Source: Mobula hypostoma
Taxonomy: Eukaryota
Direction: 5' to 3'
DNA: 64,000 nucleotides
NCBI RefSeq assembly: GCF_963921235.1
Contig: NC_086107.1
Span: forward strand, 46,438,001-46,502,000
Shown: positions 63,826-64,000 of the stretch, piece after piece
Layout of the letters: each line of letters begins with the position of its first letter
How positions within the stretch are numbered: position 1 is the first letter of the stretch
Position numbers and translations under genes: made by a program
The notes under the pieces: generated by a model
The model's database searches: none
The model's input: the letters and a program-made list of their open reading frames with translations, nothing else
Told to the model about the DNA's origin: nothing

Positions 63826-64000
63826 ACACACATCAAAGTTGCTGGTGAACGCAGCAGGCCAAGCAGCATCTATAGGAAGAGGCGCAGTCGACGTTTCAGG
63901 CCGAGACCCTTCGTCAGGACTAACTGAAGGAAGAGTGAGTAAGGGATTTGAAAGCTGGAGGGGGAGGGGGAGATGCAAAATGATAGGAGAAGACAGGAGG
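63826..64000 (-). mobile_element. Penelope-like element terminus (continues beyond the window)
   Basis: caacacacatcaaagttgctggtgaacgcagcaggcc..; homologous to 1337-1500. Confidence 0.8.
63885..63922 (-). ncRNA. Minimal type I hammerhead ribozyme motif
   Basis: Minus strand UAGUC CUGACGA AGG-GUCUCGG-CCU GAAA CG UC GACUG: helix I pairs, core intact, helix III vestigial as in known Penelope-associated minimal hammerheads. Confidence 0.7.

Overview
Vertebrate genomic DNA, most likely a cartilaginous fish such as a ray (inferred from the CR1, Penelope-like and Rex/L2 repeat mix plus the Ig gene). There are no prokaryotic features, CRISPR arrays, or rRNA/tRNA genes. The main content is a plus-strand B7-family / NCR3LG1 (B7-H6)-like Ig-superfamily gene. 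It has a V-set exon (3620-3958), a C1-set exon (5847-6143) and a TM exon (6638-6739); no leader exon was found in the window. Downstream are many candidate post-TM exons, all symmetric phase 1-1: an 84-nt exon (17271-17354), a 426-nt Ig-like exon with Trp at the first Cys position (32984-33409), and three micro-exons (78, 45 and 63 nt) carried in each unit of a ~1.59-kb tandem repeat. The repeat forms two arrays (~3 units at 27.1-32.1 kb, ~10 units at 37.5-55.7 kb) with higher-order structure and many individually inactivated exon copies. A diverged but intact 78-nt exon lies at 58897. The introns hold CR1 and Rex/L2 LINE fragments, Penelope-like fragments (one with an intact minimal hammerhead-ribozyme core), an RT-deleted Gypsy LTR element with a tRNA-Leu PBS, a solo LTR, a degenerate hAT transposon and three hAT-type MITEs. 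Joining these exons into one transcript is inference from splice signals and phase, not from RNA evidence. Exon, TSD and motif coordinates were read by hand; TE boundaries are approximate.
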